DNA from: Harriotta raleighana
Taxonomy: Eukaryota
Length of the DNA: 64,000 nt
Reading direction: 5' to 3'
Assembly (NCBI GenBank): GCA_050575255.1
Contig: JBNZDD010013505.1
Coordinates: forward strand, 786,972 to 850,971
The translations under genes and the position numbers were made by a program. The notes under the pieces were generated by a model. That model was given only the letters and a program-made list of their open reading frames with translations. It was not told where the DNA came from and ran no database searches. Positions 24,923 through 37,128 of the stretch are shown piece by piece (position 1 is the stretch's first letter; each line of letters opens with the position of its first letter).

Positions 24923-25813
24923 CCAATTTCTATTGTGAGATGATCAAATGTTTTTCAAGATTAAGGAGTGTGTATCTTCCTGATTATCCTAGACAGTACC
25001 TCAACTGAGAAAATACACAACACTGAATAGGAAAGTATCCAATACTGTATAAAAAAGCCCACAATTAATCAACAGTGACCTGCTTTACCAAAGCCACTTT
25101 TAAAAATACCAATATCTCAGCAGAAATAAACATGTTCTTATTCCATTAAATACCTTTTGACTATAAAACTTTTATTCAAGATATTTTGAGTTTTATTTTC
25201 ACCAGTGAAATATTCAAGGATAATTCCATTATAGAGCCTTATTATTCATGTATTGCTTTTCATGTGATTTCCTGTGTTCATGTGTTCCTAAAACCTGTTT
25301 AAACCTGGTTTTAAGTATGCAAACAGCATAAATGTTGATGCTGGAGCATTGAACTTCGGAAAAATGGCAGAACTTTATTTTTTGATGAGATCCAGAGACC
25401 AGATGGAGGAAAGAAGTCAGAGGAGGAAGATGAAACATAATACAGACTACATTTGAATGTGTGCATTTATTTTGGTAAATGCATGAATTATATTAGTGCA
25501 TATGGCTATTTCATTATTGAAACCATATGACCAAAGGTTTTTTTAATTTATTTTTAAATTGCAAAATAGAGACAACCTAGTTGCTACTTTTTAAAGGTGT
25601 ATGTTTTAAATAATTCATTTGAGGGTTTTGCTGAATCCTTTTGTTTTGAAGAACATTTGATAAGATTGTGAAGGATCATAGAATCACTGGTGCAGAAGAA
25701 AAATATTTGTGTTCTTCTCAATCCTGATTTGTAATTTCTTTAGATTGTGTTTAATTCACAATATTCACAAAAGGGATCAGTACCATGCAATAATTACAAC
25801 AATGTTTACATTT

Positions 25814-26045
25814 ACAACAACAAATTTACATTTGCATAACACCTTTCACATTGTGAGGATGTCTCAAAGTGCTGGACATAGCTAGATGGGCACCCAAGCT
25901 GGAGGTGGGAGCCAAGGCAGGTGAGGAGGGGATAAATGGGCCAAAGCATGGTCAAAGAGGTTTGTTTTGAGATGTGCCTTGAATGTTAGTAGAGAGGGAG
26001 GCAGTGAGGGAGGAAGAGAGGATTGACATGAAATTTCAGAAAGCT
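25814..26045 (-). mobile_element. Old L2 3' fragment
   Basis: acaacaacaaatttacatttgcataacacctttcacattgtgaggatgtctcaaagtgctg; aaagcatggtcaaagagg. Confidence 0.7.
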
Positions 26046-26419
26046 GTCAGACTGCAAATTAAGAAAATTAACATCAGAATGTTTCACTCTCTGGACTTTT
26101 ATCTAATAATTCTTGAATCTAATAGCACTTTTTTGGCATGTTGCCTTGTGAAATCAGAAATTAGTCAGCTTTCAATATTCACATATGGAAGTCACAACGA
26201 TAAAATTTAATCTGGTTTATGAACATTGGGGCTCTTAACCTCCCTCTTCTCTGCTGCTTTCTCTATCCTCAATAGAAACAGCTTTCATAAGTACCATTGT
26301 ATCCATTGAATATTAACTTTCCTTCTCCTATTTGTGTTGAAGTACCAAGTATTCCTTTTAGTATTCCAGAATATAGCAGTACTGTGTTTATGATATAAAT
26401 CCAATAAAGATGCATATTT

Positions 26420-26840
26420 GTATGTGGGAAGAGGTGTTTGTATGTTTTAAGTGTGATTGTGTTTTTGCATTTTCTTTGCTTGTGTTTATGTGTGCGAGTT
26501 TTCTAATTAGGTCTGTTTATATCAGCGCCTTGACGTGAAAGGTGCTATATAAGTGTAATTTTGTTGTTGATTTTGTTGTTGTTTATATGTTTGTCTGTGT
26601 GTTTTATGTGTGCTCATGTATTCATATGAATGTGGGTTTGTTACTATATGTGCTTGCAAGTGTCTACATGTTTGTGCAGACTGCACAATTGTCTGTGTAT
26701 TTATTTTTGTGAGTGTTTTGTGTGTGTACAGTATTTGTGTATCTTGGATCTTTTGTGTGTGTGTGTGTGTGTGTATGTGTGTGAGAGAGAGTTGTGTATG
26801 TTTGTCTTTCAATATGTGTGTATGTGTGTGTGTTTTGTTG
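26420..26840. repeat. Degenerate (GT)n low-complexity tract with an embedded L2 tail (26523-26582)
   Basis: Visible GT dinucleotide runs, pure near 26755-26773. Confidence 0.85.
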
Positions 26841-28149
26841 AATATTTTCAGTCCCTGAAAACAAAAAGACTGAATCCACAGTTAATTAAGTGTTGACCAT
26901 GCAGATCTATTTTGAGTAATGAATCGCAAAAACATTTAATAAGTTATGTTGGAGAGAAACCAACTGATTCTGAATGAACTTAATCCCAAATTATTAAAGT
27001 TATGAACTGATATTAAAATTCCTTTCATTTGGAGCTGAATTAACATCAGATTTGTGGGAGGTTATGTTTTCATGATGAATCTTATTTAACAACAACAACA
27101 AAATTCATTTCTAGAGCGTCTTTCACGTTAGGAGGACATCCCTAGGCACTGAAACATATAAAGCATATATAAAATAAACAGATATTTGACTTCAATAAGA
27201 GGTGCTTACATTTCGTACTTTTTAACATGTATAGTTTCAATTAAGAACAAACAGTGCCCTCTATAGTTTTGGACAATGTGCAACGTTGCATTGATCTCTA
27301 GAGTATGTTTAAAAGTAATAGCTGAGAAGCACAGAAGCGGTGCTGTTTTGTGCAATCACTTAACTTGACAAAAATCCTCATTCATTTTAAAACGCTTAGC
27401 TGAGGAATGCAGATTACAAGTAGGCAAACAGAGGATAATCCATAGTTAGCCGTGGAATCCTATTCTGAGTAATGAATCACAAAAAAGTATAGTAAGTGTA
27501 TTGGAAACCTTATCCCAAACCACAGATATATGTATGGTTTACATACGTTAAGCCTTAAATCCAAAGTATAAAAACACAGATACTTCAGCATTCAGTTTCT
27601 GCATTTTTGGATTAGGGTCTAGGGCTTGGTTTAAGGTGTACGATGTCTCTTGAATGTTCAGTTCATATCCAATTGAGATGTGGAGCATGACATGCATAGT
27701 TTTAAGAGACAGCTTTGGTAAATGAGCTAAATAGTTTGCTATGATTAGATTACAGATGGCCGATTTGCAAGAGGTTTTAATGATCAATACTTGTATTGAT
27801 TCTTCAAATGTGTTTATTCTATTTTACATTCATAACATGGGATTGAACAGGTTAATACTTTTGAGCATTGTTCTTTGCACTAATATACATATTTCATATA
27901 CATAAGCATAGGGTGTCAGTCTGGCTCAGTTGGAAGCATGTTCATTTCTGAATTAAATGGTTGTGGATTCAGTTGCAGTCTCAAATAAGGGTTTTGAACT
28001 CTCTAGGCTGACACCATGATGCAGTGCTGGGGGAACATGTTCTTGAGTGGCATGTTGGGGAAGTTGTAGTGAAGGATGAAATGGACAGAGAGGGAAGGAA
28101 CTGGGTCACATTAAGATGAAGTAGTTAGGCTTTGTATTGATGATGACAT

Positions 28150-28523
28150 GGAGTCTTGTAGCTCAATGATTAGAGAACGCGCATCACAAGCGAGAGATCT
28201 GGGTTCAATTCCTGGCAGGGCGAAATGTTAGGCACGTTTTCTTACTCCACATGCCTCTGTTTACATAGCAGTAAGTGGGAACCCGGTTGTTAGTCGATTG
28301 TCGAATCGCTTTTCTGTGAATAATAATCCCTCAAAAAAATACAGTAATTATTTGATCACTCAATCCATTACTGTTTGTGGGACATGGTCACGCATAATCG
28401 TCAGCCGCATTTCACCCACAAGTGTACAGTCAATTTACTTTACAGTATATTCTGTAAAATGATTTGAGATGTCTTGAAGATGTGAAAAACATTATATCAA
28501 ATACAACGATTATTATTATTATT
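28150..28523 (+). mobile_element. Full-length young SINE, long form
   Basis: tRNA head (tagctcaatgattaga...ggttcaattcc), CORE-like cctctgtttacatagcagtaagtgggaacccggttgttagt, Deu segment, (ATT)n tail. Confidence 0.92.
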
Positions 28524-28541
28524 GCAGTTTCATACTGGATA

Positions 28542-29104
28542 CAGTAAAACCTCATTTATCCGTGACTCGAATAATTAGAAAACCCATTCAACCGCCATCT
28601 CAAAAAAAAAAGTCCAGATTCGATTAACCGGAAGTTATCCGGTGACGGGTTTAATGTCGGGTTTAAACTAATTCCTGGTCCTGTTTAAAGTAGCAGTTTT
28701 TTTATACCTCATTCGCATAAGTTGGAGCATGGGCTCCAAAGGGGGCGGGTCTCTCTCTCTCTCCCCAATCACAGTCTCTCTCTCTTTCACACTCTCTCTC
28801 CCCCAATCAGTCTCTCTCTCTCACACTCTTTCTTCCCCAATCACAGTCTCTCTCTCTCTGTCTCTCTCTCTCTCTCCCAATCACAGTCTCTCTCTCTCAG
28901 TCTCTCTCTCAGAGGCTGAGATGGGGGAAAGCATAATGGAGTGAGCGAGCACGAGAGTGAGAGAAAATGGCAGGCAAGTTGATGCAGAGAGAGAGAGGGG
29001 AAGGGAGAGAGAGGAAAGCTGCAGGAGTGAGGATTATGGACAAAATTTATATGATGGATTCAGACTGAATATCTTTGAGGGTCTGTGTGTGTGTCTATGT
29101 GTGT

Positions 29105-29138
<34 letters not shown>

Positions 29139-29387
29139 GCCGTTAGGTCTAAACTCGTTGCTTTTTAAAGTCACGTTTTGTTTTACCTCCCGTAGAATCA
29201 GTGCAGCAATTGCGAAGTTAAGTATAAATAATAAAGTACTAATAAAATATTCTGTTATCATTTAGTCTATTATTAATATGGTATGTGTTAAAATAATTTT
29301 TAATTTAAAAAAATGTATTTTTAAAATCCATTCAACCGGAAAAATGGTTTAACCGCCACTGGGTGCCGGATAAATGAGGTTTTACTG
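28542..29387. mobile_element. Tc1/mariner (Tigger/pogo-type) MITE, 846 bp
   Basis: Perfect 21-bp TIR cagtaaaacctcatttatccg / cggataaatgaggttttactg, TA target duplication, no transposase ORF. Confidence 0.92.
28748..28912. repeat. Minisatellite (cccaatcacagtctctctctc-type unit) inside the MITE
   Basis: Four cccaatca(ca)gtctctc units separated by (TC)n. Confidence 0.85.
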
Positions 29388-29482
29388 TATACTGTAAGTG
29401 CTACTGAGGAAGAGGAAGGAAAGCTGAAGAAGAGTTATAGCTTAGTGGAATAAACCAGGGATCAGTCTGGCTCAGTTGATAG

Positions 29483-29640
29483 ATGGGAGAAACTCTCTTC
29501 TCTTACAAATTGTGCCATGAATCTTTAAAATCTACCTATACAGCTGCTCAGGTTCTCAGTTTAACATCTCATCCAAAGGATGGTACCTTCAAGAATGCAA
29601 TACTTCCCCAGCTTTGTATTGGAATGTCAGTCTAGACTGA
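29483..29640 (-). mobile_element. Old DeuSINE
   Basis: tgccatgaatctttaa...ctcagtttaacatctcatccaaaggatggtacc...ggaatgtcagtctaga. Confidence 0.7.
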
Positions 29641-30100
29641 TTAGGTCATCATGTCAGGGTCTAGTTTGTGAGATTCATAAAAGGGTTTTTAAGTAATGTT
29701 TTCCTGGAAATGTCATGGCTGATGCTCTGGAATGCTGCCCAGATGCCGACTTCACACAAGTCATAGCTGAAATTGGCTTTACAGAGGAATTGTGGTGGAT
29801 TGGCCTCAGCCTAAGATTGGCATACTCTGTCTACACATCAAATAATTAGAGTTGAAATACTCCTAGGGGAAGGTGAGAAATAATGAAAACCAATTTAGGG
29901 AAGGGAAATAAAACATGGTTAAACACAGATATAAGAAGAATTCTTGAGGATGAGTGAAACGTTTCAACATATAAATAGTATTTGCTGGTAGGGGAAAGTG
30001 GGTTATTTATTAAGTGGCGCAACGCAGAGAAACTGAATGCAAGGATTTAACAATAATGATGATAAATAATCCTTACGTTTTGTCTAGCGCCATATATATA

Positions 30101-30397
30101 TAATAATAATAATCCTTACATTTGATATAGCACTTTTCACGTCTTCTAGATATCTGAAAGCACTTCACAGAATATACTGTAAAGTGAATTGTCTTATATT
30201 TGTTGGTGAAACATGGCAGTTAATTGTGCACAGCAGTGTCCCACAAACAGCCATGAATTGAAATGACCAATTTTATTATTGTGTTTTTTGGGGGGAGGGA
30301 TTATTATTAGGCAAGTGGAGTAAGGAAACTTGCCTGGATTCGAACCCAGGTATCATGGTTGAAGTGAGTGCTCTAACCACTGAGCTACGGGACTCCA
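30101..30397 (-). mobile_element. Full-length young SINE, short form
   Basis: (AAT)n tail, Deu segment, gattcgaacccagg B box, gagctacgggactcca 5' end. Confidence 0.9.
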
Positions 30398-30574
30398 CAA
30401 ATGTTGGGGGGATGTCTCAAGCTCATAACAGCAAAGACTGGCAAGTGTAGTGACTGTGTATCTTGTGAGCAAATGCAACACTTTAAATGTATCACTTCCA
30501 AGAAATTCTCAATACAGTACTGTATAATGATATATGGAAGTTCTTAAAACAGATAAGAATGCCTGTCCAGATTA

Positions 30575-30958
30575 TTTTCCTTCTCCTCCCTGATTTCCCC
30601 CTTTCCCCCCTTTCTCCCCCCATTTTCCTCCCTGATTGTACTCCACCCCGCCTTTCCCTCTGTCTCTCCCCTTACCCTCTTTTTCCCTTTTCTGCCCCAG
30701 CCCCACTTCCGCGACTGTTTGTGGGACACTGCTGTGCGCAATTTGGATGCCGCGTTTCGCCCACAAATATACAGTAGTTTTTTCCTGTTCTTCTTCCCCC
30801 TACCCCTCCCCTTGCCCACAAATATACAGTCAATTTTTCCTACTTTCCTTCCCCAACCCCTCCCCCCACCGCTGTGATCCCTACTTGACTGTACAGCGCC
30901 TTGGGACATCCTCCTGACGTGAAAAGCGCTATATAAATGTAATTTTGATTGATTGATT
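30575..30958 (+). mobile_element. Chimeric retroelement: L2-type pyrimidine-rich 3'UTR carrying a Deu segment, (GATT)n tail (copy A)
   Basis: Deu segment 30713-30775, partial repeat 30814-30836, then L2 tail cagcgccttgggacatcctcctgacgtgaaaagcgctatataaatgtaattttgattgattgatt. Confidence 0.8.
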
Positions 30959-31042
30959 TGCATTCACACATTTTTAAGTACTGTGAAAGGAAATGCGTCT
31001 AATCCTTTAGTGCTATTTTAATTAATGTTCAGTACATTTTAA

Positions 31043-31185
31043 AGAATCCTCAGGATCGCAAAGTTGCTAACATAACTCCACTATTTAAAAAGGATCAAGA
31101 GAAATACCTGAAAATTATAGACCAGTAAGTTATTATCAATAGAATGAAAAGTCTGAGCACTTGAAAAAAAACATAACTTGTTAAA
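31043..31185 (+). mobile_element. CR1 internal RT fragment
   Basis: PQDRKVANITPLFKK...PENYRPVS (cf. PEDWKxANVTPIFKKG...PGNYRPVS). Confidence 0.7.
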
Positions 31186-31191
31186 GGACAT

Positions 31192-31365
31192 CAACAACAA
31201 TAAAAACTTGCATTTATATAGCATCCTTCACGCAGGGGAGCATCTCGGGCTGTTTCACAGTGATGGACCATGACTCCAAACTAGGGGGAGAGAGGAGGTA
31301 ACTGTAGGCATGATCAAAGAGAAAGAACTTGAAGTGCAACCCAAAAATGAGTAAGGAGGAGCCTA
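31192..31365 (-). mobile_element. Old L2 3' fragment
   Basis: caacaacaataaaaacttgcatttatatagcatccttcacgc tail. Confidence 0.6.
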
Positions 31366-32149
31366 GGTTGAATTACGATCGGTGGAAGCTCATGTGGAGC
31401 ATAAACATTGCCATGTACTAGTTTGGCCAAACAGCTTGTTTTGGTGTTGTAGATTTTATGTAATTCTGTATAAATTCCTCCTATCCTAACAAAACAACAG
31501 TCAATCTGAAGGGCAGCTCATGGTCTTCAATTAGGGCTACCACTCAGGCTCTGTTTCACAGTGTGTGATCTTATTATCCCCCTGTCAAACTGAGCTAATA
31601 TTGCATAAACTTTCAGCCTTCAGATAATAGCTACAGTTTTAAGCATTTCATAGATGGAATTTCTCAATTGTGAAAGGATACATTCTCACAAAGATGGCAG
31701 GGATCAAACTATACTTCCTTCTGGTAAACCTTAATGCATTCTTTGAAATAAATTATGGAAGCCTGCATGTTACTGTTGTTGACAGTTAAACATAGCATCC
31801 CAGTAGTAAGTTATAAAGTTTGAATACTTCACATCAGATTCTCATGTTGAACATAATAGGTACCTGGGAGACATTGTGTGGCTCTAATTTATTCAAGAAA
31901 TTGTGAGAAAATCCTAACCTTAACAGAGCATCTTAAGTAATTTATGACTCCCATCTAAACTAATATTCCTTGAATTTGATCTAGTGCCTACAGCATCAAA
32001 GTGCTTCAAAGGTAAGTGCTTCTGAAAAGTAGTATTGTTAATTTGTAAACAGCAATGTTCGTCAAACAGCAAAGACTGATGATTTCATCTGGTTTGGATT
32101 ATTAGCCTGGACATTGGGAGAAATTCATACACTTTTCAAATAAGTAACA

Positions 32150-32375
32150 ACACCAATTTGCATTTATTTACTTTCCTGTGAGCTTGATTCTGAGCCAAGG
32201 AGAGAAAGGGGCTGACCATAGGCATGTTTGAAGAGGAAGGTCTACAATCTGAAGATAGGCAAAGGAGGAGGCAAGGTGAAGGGATTGAGGCAAAGGGTTT
32301 CAAAGTTTTGGGGTTGTAACTGAGGGCACAACTGTGATGATGGAGCAGAGGGGCTGAGGGGGCAAGAGATGTGCA
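32150..32375 (-). mobile_element. Old L2 3' fragment
   Basis: ggcatgtttgaagaggaaggtct...gggattgaggcaaagggtttcaaagttttgggg. Confidence 0.55.
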
Positions 32376-33165
32376 AAAGTAACAATATAATTCAATTTTG
32401 GATGTGTTTACATTTTTTTTAATGGTTTTCATTAAAGTCACTGATACTATGGCTGCTATCATTATATCAAATGGTTGGTACATAAATTAGTGTCCTACTG
32501 AGGACTTGTAATCTACTGTAGCCTGTTCTGGAACTCCTATATCACCTCCAAAGACAGTGTTAAATTTGCTTAGTATATCTATGAGGAGGATTAGCACTGC
32601 GTAATCTGGAGAGAGCACTAGCTACCACCAGTCATCCAAAAATCAAAGTCTATCTCCAGGTCTTCAAAGTACTGTACATTGTTGAAAACATACAGCGTTT
32701 GTATCACAATACTAGGCTTGGAATTGGACAGGAATTCACAAGATCACAGCAGCGGTCTTTCTGATCTCATCTTTTTAGAATGCCCAGTCTACTGCCTTCC
32801 CATCACAATATCAAGATTTTTAAAAATGAGTTCAGGGTCCTAGTCTAAACTAAATTTCCTGGTAATATGTTCCATTCATTAATCACCCTGCGTTTTTGTG
32901 CTATTCAGTCCGAGCATTAAATAGTCAGTAACCAAGCCATGGGGCAATCCTTCATTCATCAATTCACTAGCTAGCAAATCCCTCTGGAAATCAATTTTGA
33001 AATTGTTATGATTTTTCCAAATTGCCTTGTTCAGATTTGGACATTTGCTGCCACCTCTGATCATTCCTGGTAACTACAACCACTGATGTTGCCATAGAAA
33101 ACAATTAAAAGTGCTCTAGCAGTATTAAGGAAGCACACTTTCAAACTCATGTCTGATTTACCTTG

Positions 33166-33474
33166 ATAATAATAATTATCCTTACATACGATATAGTACT
33201 TTTCATGTCTTCTAGACATCTGAAAGCGCTTCACAGAATATACTATAAAGTAAATTGACTGGATATTTTTGTGGGAAAATCGTGCTGTGCAATTACGCAC
33301 AGCAATGTCCCACAGACAGTCGTGGATTGAGTGACCAAATTACTTCTCATTTTTGTTTGTTTTTTCTTCAGGAATTATTACCAGATATTTGGAGCAGGGA
33401 AACTTGCCCGAGGTTTTGCCCTGCCGGGAATCAATCCAAGACGAGTGCTCCAAACACTGAGCAATAGGACTCCA
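33166..33474 (-). mobile_element. Young SINE, short form
   Basis: Tail, Deu segment and tRNA head ending ggactcca. Confidence 0.88.
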
Positions 33475-34240
33475 TGGGTCAAAATACCTTTCTATTGTTG
33501 TACCACCTTAGGATATCATAAAGAAATGAAACTTCACAAATGATATATTTTCATTTATTGTCATCAAAAATAACTTCTGTTTAGTTTACATGGCACTTTT
33601 GAGCTTGATGTTGTGTAAAATTAACACCATAAACCTTCTACATCCTCCCGATGTGAAAGGCGCTCTGCTCTACAAATGTAATTTTGTTGCTGTTTTGTTG
33701 TTTGTTATTGTTGTACATCAAGTTCAAGAAGCACTGTTGTCGACAGATTGGTGCTGAAGCCAGCCAGTCAAGGTCATTCTCTCACATTGGTCAAACTCAA
33801 AGCACGAAAACCACTCTGGATAAATGTTATTCACTTAAGATGTAAAAGGATGTCCCCAAATTACGCAGTAATTGCATACTTTCTTATCACTTGAATACAA
33901 ACTCCTTACCCAACATTTCCAGTTAGGTGTACTCTATATATCTATTTATTGTTTACTGATTTACTTATTGAATATGTATCATATTCTTCTGTAGCTACAT
34001 CGGCACCAGTCACAGGCAGTTTTTCTTAGTTCTAAAATCCCTTTGGCTCTGATGCTAATTTGAATAAAAGCTTTGCTCTATTGCCAAGGCCTATACGTTA
34101 TATATTAGTTGATGTAGTACAAACAAAATTGGATTCATTTGCAATGAAAGAGTAAATAATATCTTTGCACTGTTTGACAGTCCCAAAAGGTTGTTAGTTA
34201 TCAACTTTCTTGTTTCTGGGCACTTTTTATTAACACCAAG

Positions 34241-34537
34241 TGGAGCCCTGTAGCTCAGTGGTTAGAGCTCTCGCCTTGAGTGGGTTCAATTCCAGGTAGG
34301 GCGAAATCTTGAGCAAGTTTCCTTACTCCACATGCCTGATAATAATCCCTAACAAAAAACAATAATAAATTGGTCATTGAAATCCACGACTGTTTGTGGG
34401 ACACTGCTATGCGCAATTGGCTGCCACATTTCACCCACATATATACAGTCAATTCACTTTACAGTGTATTCTGTGAGGCGTTTTGAGACATCTAGATGAC
34501 ATGAAAAGCACTATATCAATTGCAAGGATTCCGATTA
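34241..34537 (+). mobile_element. Young SINE, short form
   Basis: tggagccctgtagctcagtggttagag...ggttcaattcc...ctccacatgcctgataataatccct...Deu segment. Confidence 0.92.
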
Positions 34538-35297
34538 CTTTTTTTGACGTGAACAAATTTATGAGCCTTGTCCTGTCTGCTGCTAAGAAGGTGTCATGGC
34601 CCTTCAGGCAAAATCATGAAGAGCTATAACTGTTCATATAGAGTGAATTCAGACAATCTGTTTACATGGTACTCTGGAATTTTAAAAGTCTGAAGGGCAT
34701 TCTTTTTTACACTCCACCAAGAGCAAATTAGGAAGGTTTTAATATATTTTTAAAGACTTACCTACATCTTAGTAAGTACAATTTTTTCAGGAAGATTTCC
34801 TGCTATTCTTGGTCTTCATGAAAATCTTGGGAAGTCCACTCGACATGAAAGGTGCTCTATAATTATAAGGTTGTTGTTGTTAAAACCTGGAGAAGTTACA
34901 GATTAAAACGAGTTGTGTATCAGCAAATGTATTTTTAAAAACAAACTTCCAAATTGCTGATTGAAAGTGCTAAGAGAGAATTTTAAAGAATGTACAAAAT
35001 GTAATCATATATAAATGATAACATTATTAAATACTCTAGTGAAATATATTTTCCGACTTTGCATGGTGAAAGGCTCTTGAGTTTTTAGCTTTTTCGGTGG
35101 TTGGGCAATAATCATGAATCTGAATGTTTGAACTGTTTTTTCACAGCAGTATTTGATTTGTTCTGGTCTGAAATAACATCTTTAGGTAGACCTGCCAATT
35201 CCTTTCTATGTAGGCTTCTAAGAAAGGTTGGTGAAGTTTGATTGTGTAATTTGCATTGTTATTTCAGATTGCTCTTAATCCAGTTTCAGTACATGTA

Positions 35298-35527
35298 AGG
35301 GCAAGTTTCCTTACTTTGCACGCCTCATAATAATCCCTCAAGAAAAACACAATAATAATTTGGTCACTCAATCCACAACTGTTTATGGGACACTGCCGTA
35401 TGCAATTGGCTGCTGTGTTTTGCCCACAAAAATATCCAGTCAATTCACTTTACAGTATATTCTGTGAATTGCTTTGAGGGCTCCAGTATACGTGAAAACG
35501 CAATATCAAATTCAAGGATTATTATTT
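35298..35527 (+). mobile_element. 5'-truncated young SINE
   Basis: gggcaagtttccttact...caattggctgctgtgttttgcccacaaaa...ggattattatt. Confidence 0.85.
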
Positions 35528-36717
35528 TATTGTACGTCTTCCTAGTTTATTTTTCTTCCTCTCTCTCTTCCCTTTCCCTCTTGACACTTCCCCATATTAC
35601 ACACCTTCAGGGGCAAGTGGGCTAACAAGAGAGCTACTCTAAGGCTGCCACTGATTCTGCTCTATGCTGACCTCTAGACATTGTGTGAGAATGGCCCAGA
35701 TACTAACTCTACAACTGTCCTCCTCTTTCTACGTTTAAGTGTTTGGCCTTAACTTGCTTCCTGCTCATTGTGGCATGGTTGAGATAACCAACTAAATGAG
35801 TAGGAATAACAGTTTCCACCTGACTGCAAGAACCAAAGAACCTCTGATGTATGTTGGCTCCTCCATCTTAGGTCCACATTTGAATTAAAAGTTTAATTTT
35901 GTGTCAGTACTATTCGATGAAATGTACAGAATTTGGGGGCTCCCAGAGTGAATTCTCACTATCACCAATACTGTGAATGGAGGAGACAATTTCTCTGAGT
36001 TTCAAATAATAGTTACAGAGCATCCTTGGCAGAAACATAGGAATAATCTGCCCTCCCATTGTCTGGAAATGGTGCAGTGTAAATAGCACTGAAAATTGGC
36101 ATAGAATAAAGAAAACTGATAAGTATATTTTGGGATGAAAATGCCATGTTTCAAAACAGAAATGATTAGCGAATTCATTGTTGAATAAAAAAAATTCACA
36201 GCAACAAATTGCATTTATATACTGTACCTCCTTTCACATCAGGAGGACATCCCAAAGCACAAAAAGGATATTCCAGCTCAATCTTAATATGATTTAAAAT
36301 GAACCTAAAGGGTCTCAGAGTCTCCCAAGAACTTTCCTTGGGAAGGAAAGAACTACTTTCCCCCATTTAAAGATAGAGACCTGGTTTCAATGTGTCTTTC
36401 AAGTAATCTGGAGATCCGTTATTGTGAAGCGCTCTGAGATGCTGTCCGGCGTGGAGGGCATGGATCCAAATCTATACAAATCGAAGATGTTGTTGTTGTT
36501 TTAACATAGAAAATTGGACTTCATCATTTTTGAAGTCTGTGATTTCTGATCCTATTTGTTCTCTTGTGTGTTTTATGGTGTTATGTGACAAGCCTGTAGT
36601 GTTAGCCTCTTTGGGTTGTAGTAGCTCAAATAGCAGCACTCATACCCTATATCAGGAATTTGAATTCACATACCCAGGGCAGAACAGGGGGTGGGCTGCA
36701 TTAAAGGAGGACCTTCA

Positions 36718-36830
36718 CATAGAATCATAAAATTTTACAGGACAAAAGGAGGCCATTTGGCCCATCAAGTCTGTGCCGGCTCTTTGAAAAGAGCAACTCA
36801 ATCCCACTCTATGGCTCTTGCCCCACAAAC
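36718..36830 (-). mobile_element. CR1 3' end fragment
   Basis: catagaatcataaaattttacaggacaaaaggaggccatttggcccatcaagtctgtgccggctctttg. Confidence 0.8.
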
Positions 36831-36899
36831 CCGTCCTTGCTATCAACAATAACAACAAAATTACATTTTGTAGGACGTCCTAAGGTGCTAGAGACATTA

Positions 36900-37128
36900 A
36901 TCTGCCTTTTAGGTGGACATCAAAGATCTCATGGCCCAACTCACAAAGAGAAGTGAGTTTCTCGTGGTGTCCAGATCCAATAATCTCCAAGTTAAAATTG
37001 GTTAATTTGCTTTATGGCTATTTTTGGGACATCGCTGTGTGCAGGTTGTCGCCCTTGTTTGCCTAAACCATACACAGCCATTAAACATTGCAGTAAGTCT
37101 TTTGAAGTGGTTTGAGACATTCTCCTAA
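36900..37128 (+). mobile_element. Old DeuSINE
   Basis: aggtggacatcaaagatctcatggc...gggacatcgctgtgtgcag. Confidence 0.65.

Noticed and set aside
24175-24926. Overlapping 159-160 aa ORFs
   Set aside because: L2 ORF2 C-terminus and its GC-rich alternative frame in a 5'-truncated copy.
26522-26896. Cys/Val- or His/Thr-rich ORFs
   Set aside because: Artefacts of the GT microsatellite.
28748-28912. CRISPR-like repeat-spacer array
   Set aside because: The spacers are low-complexity (TC)n, the context is a vertebrate MITE, and there are no cas genes.
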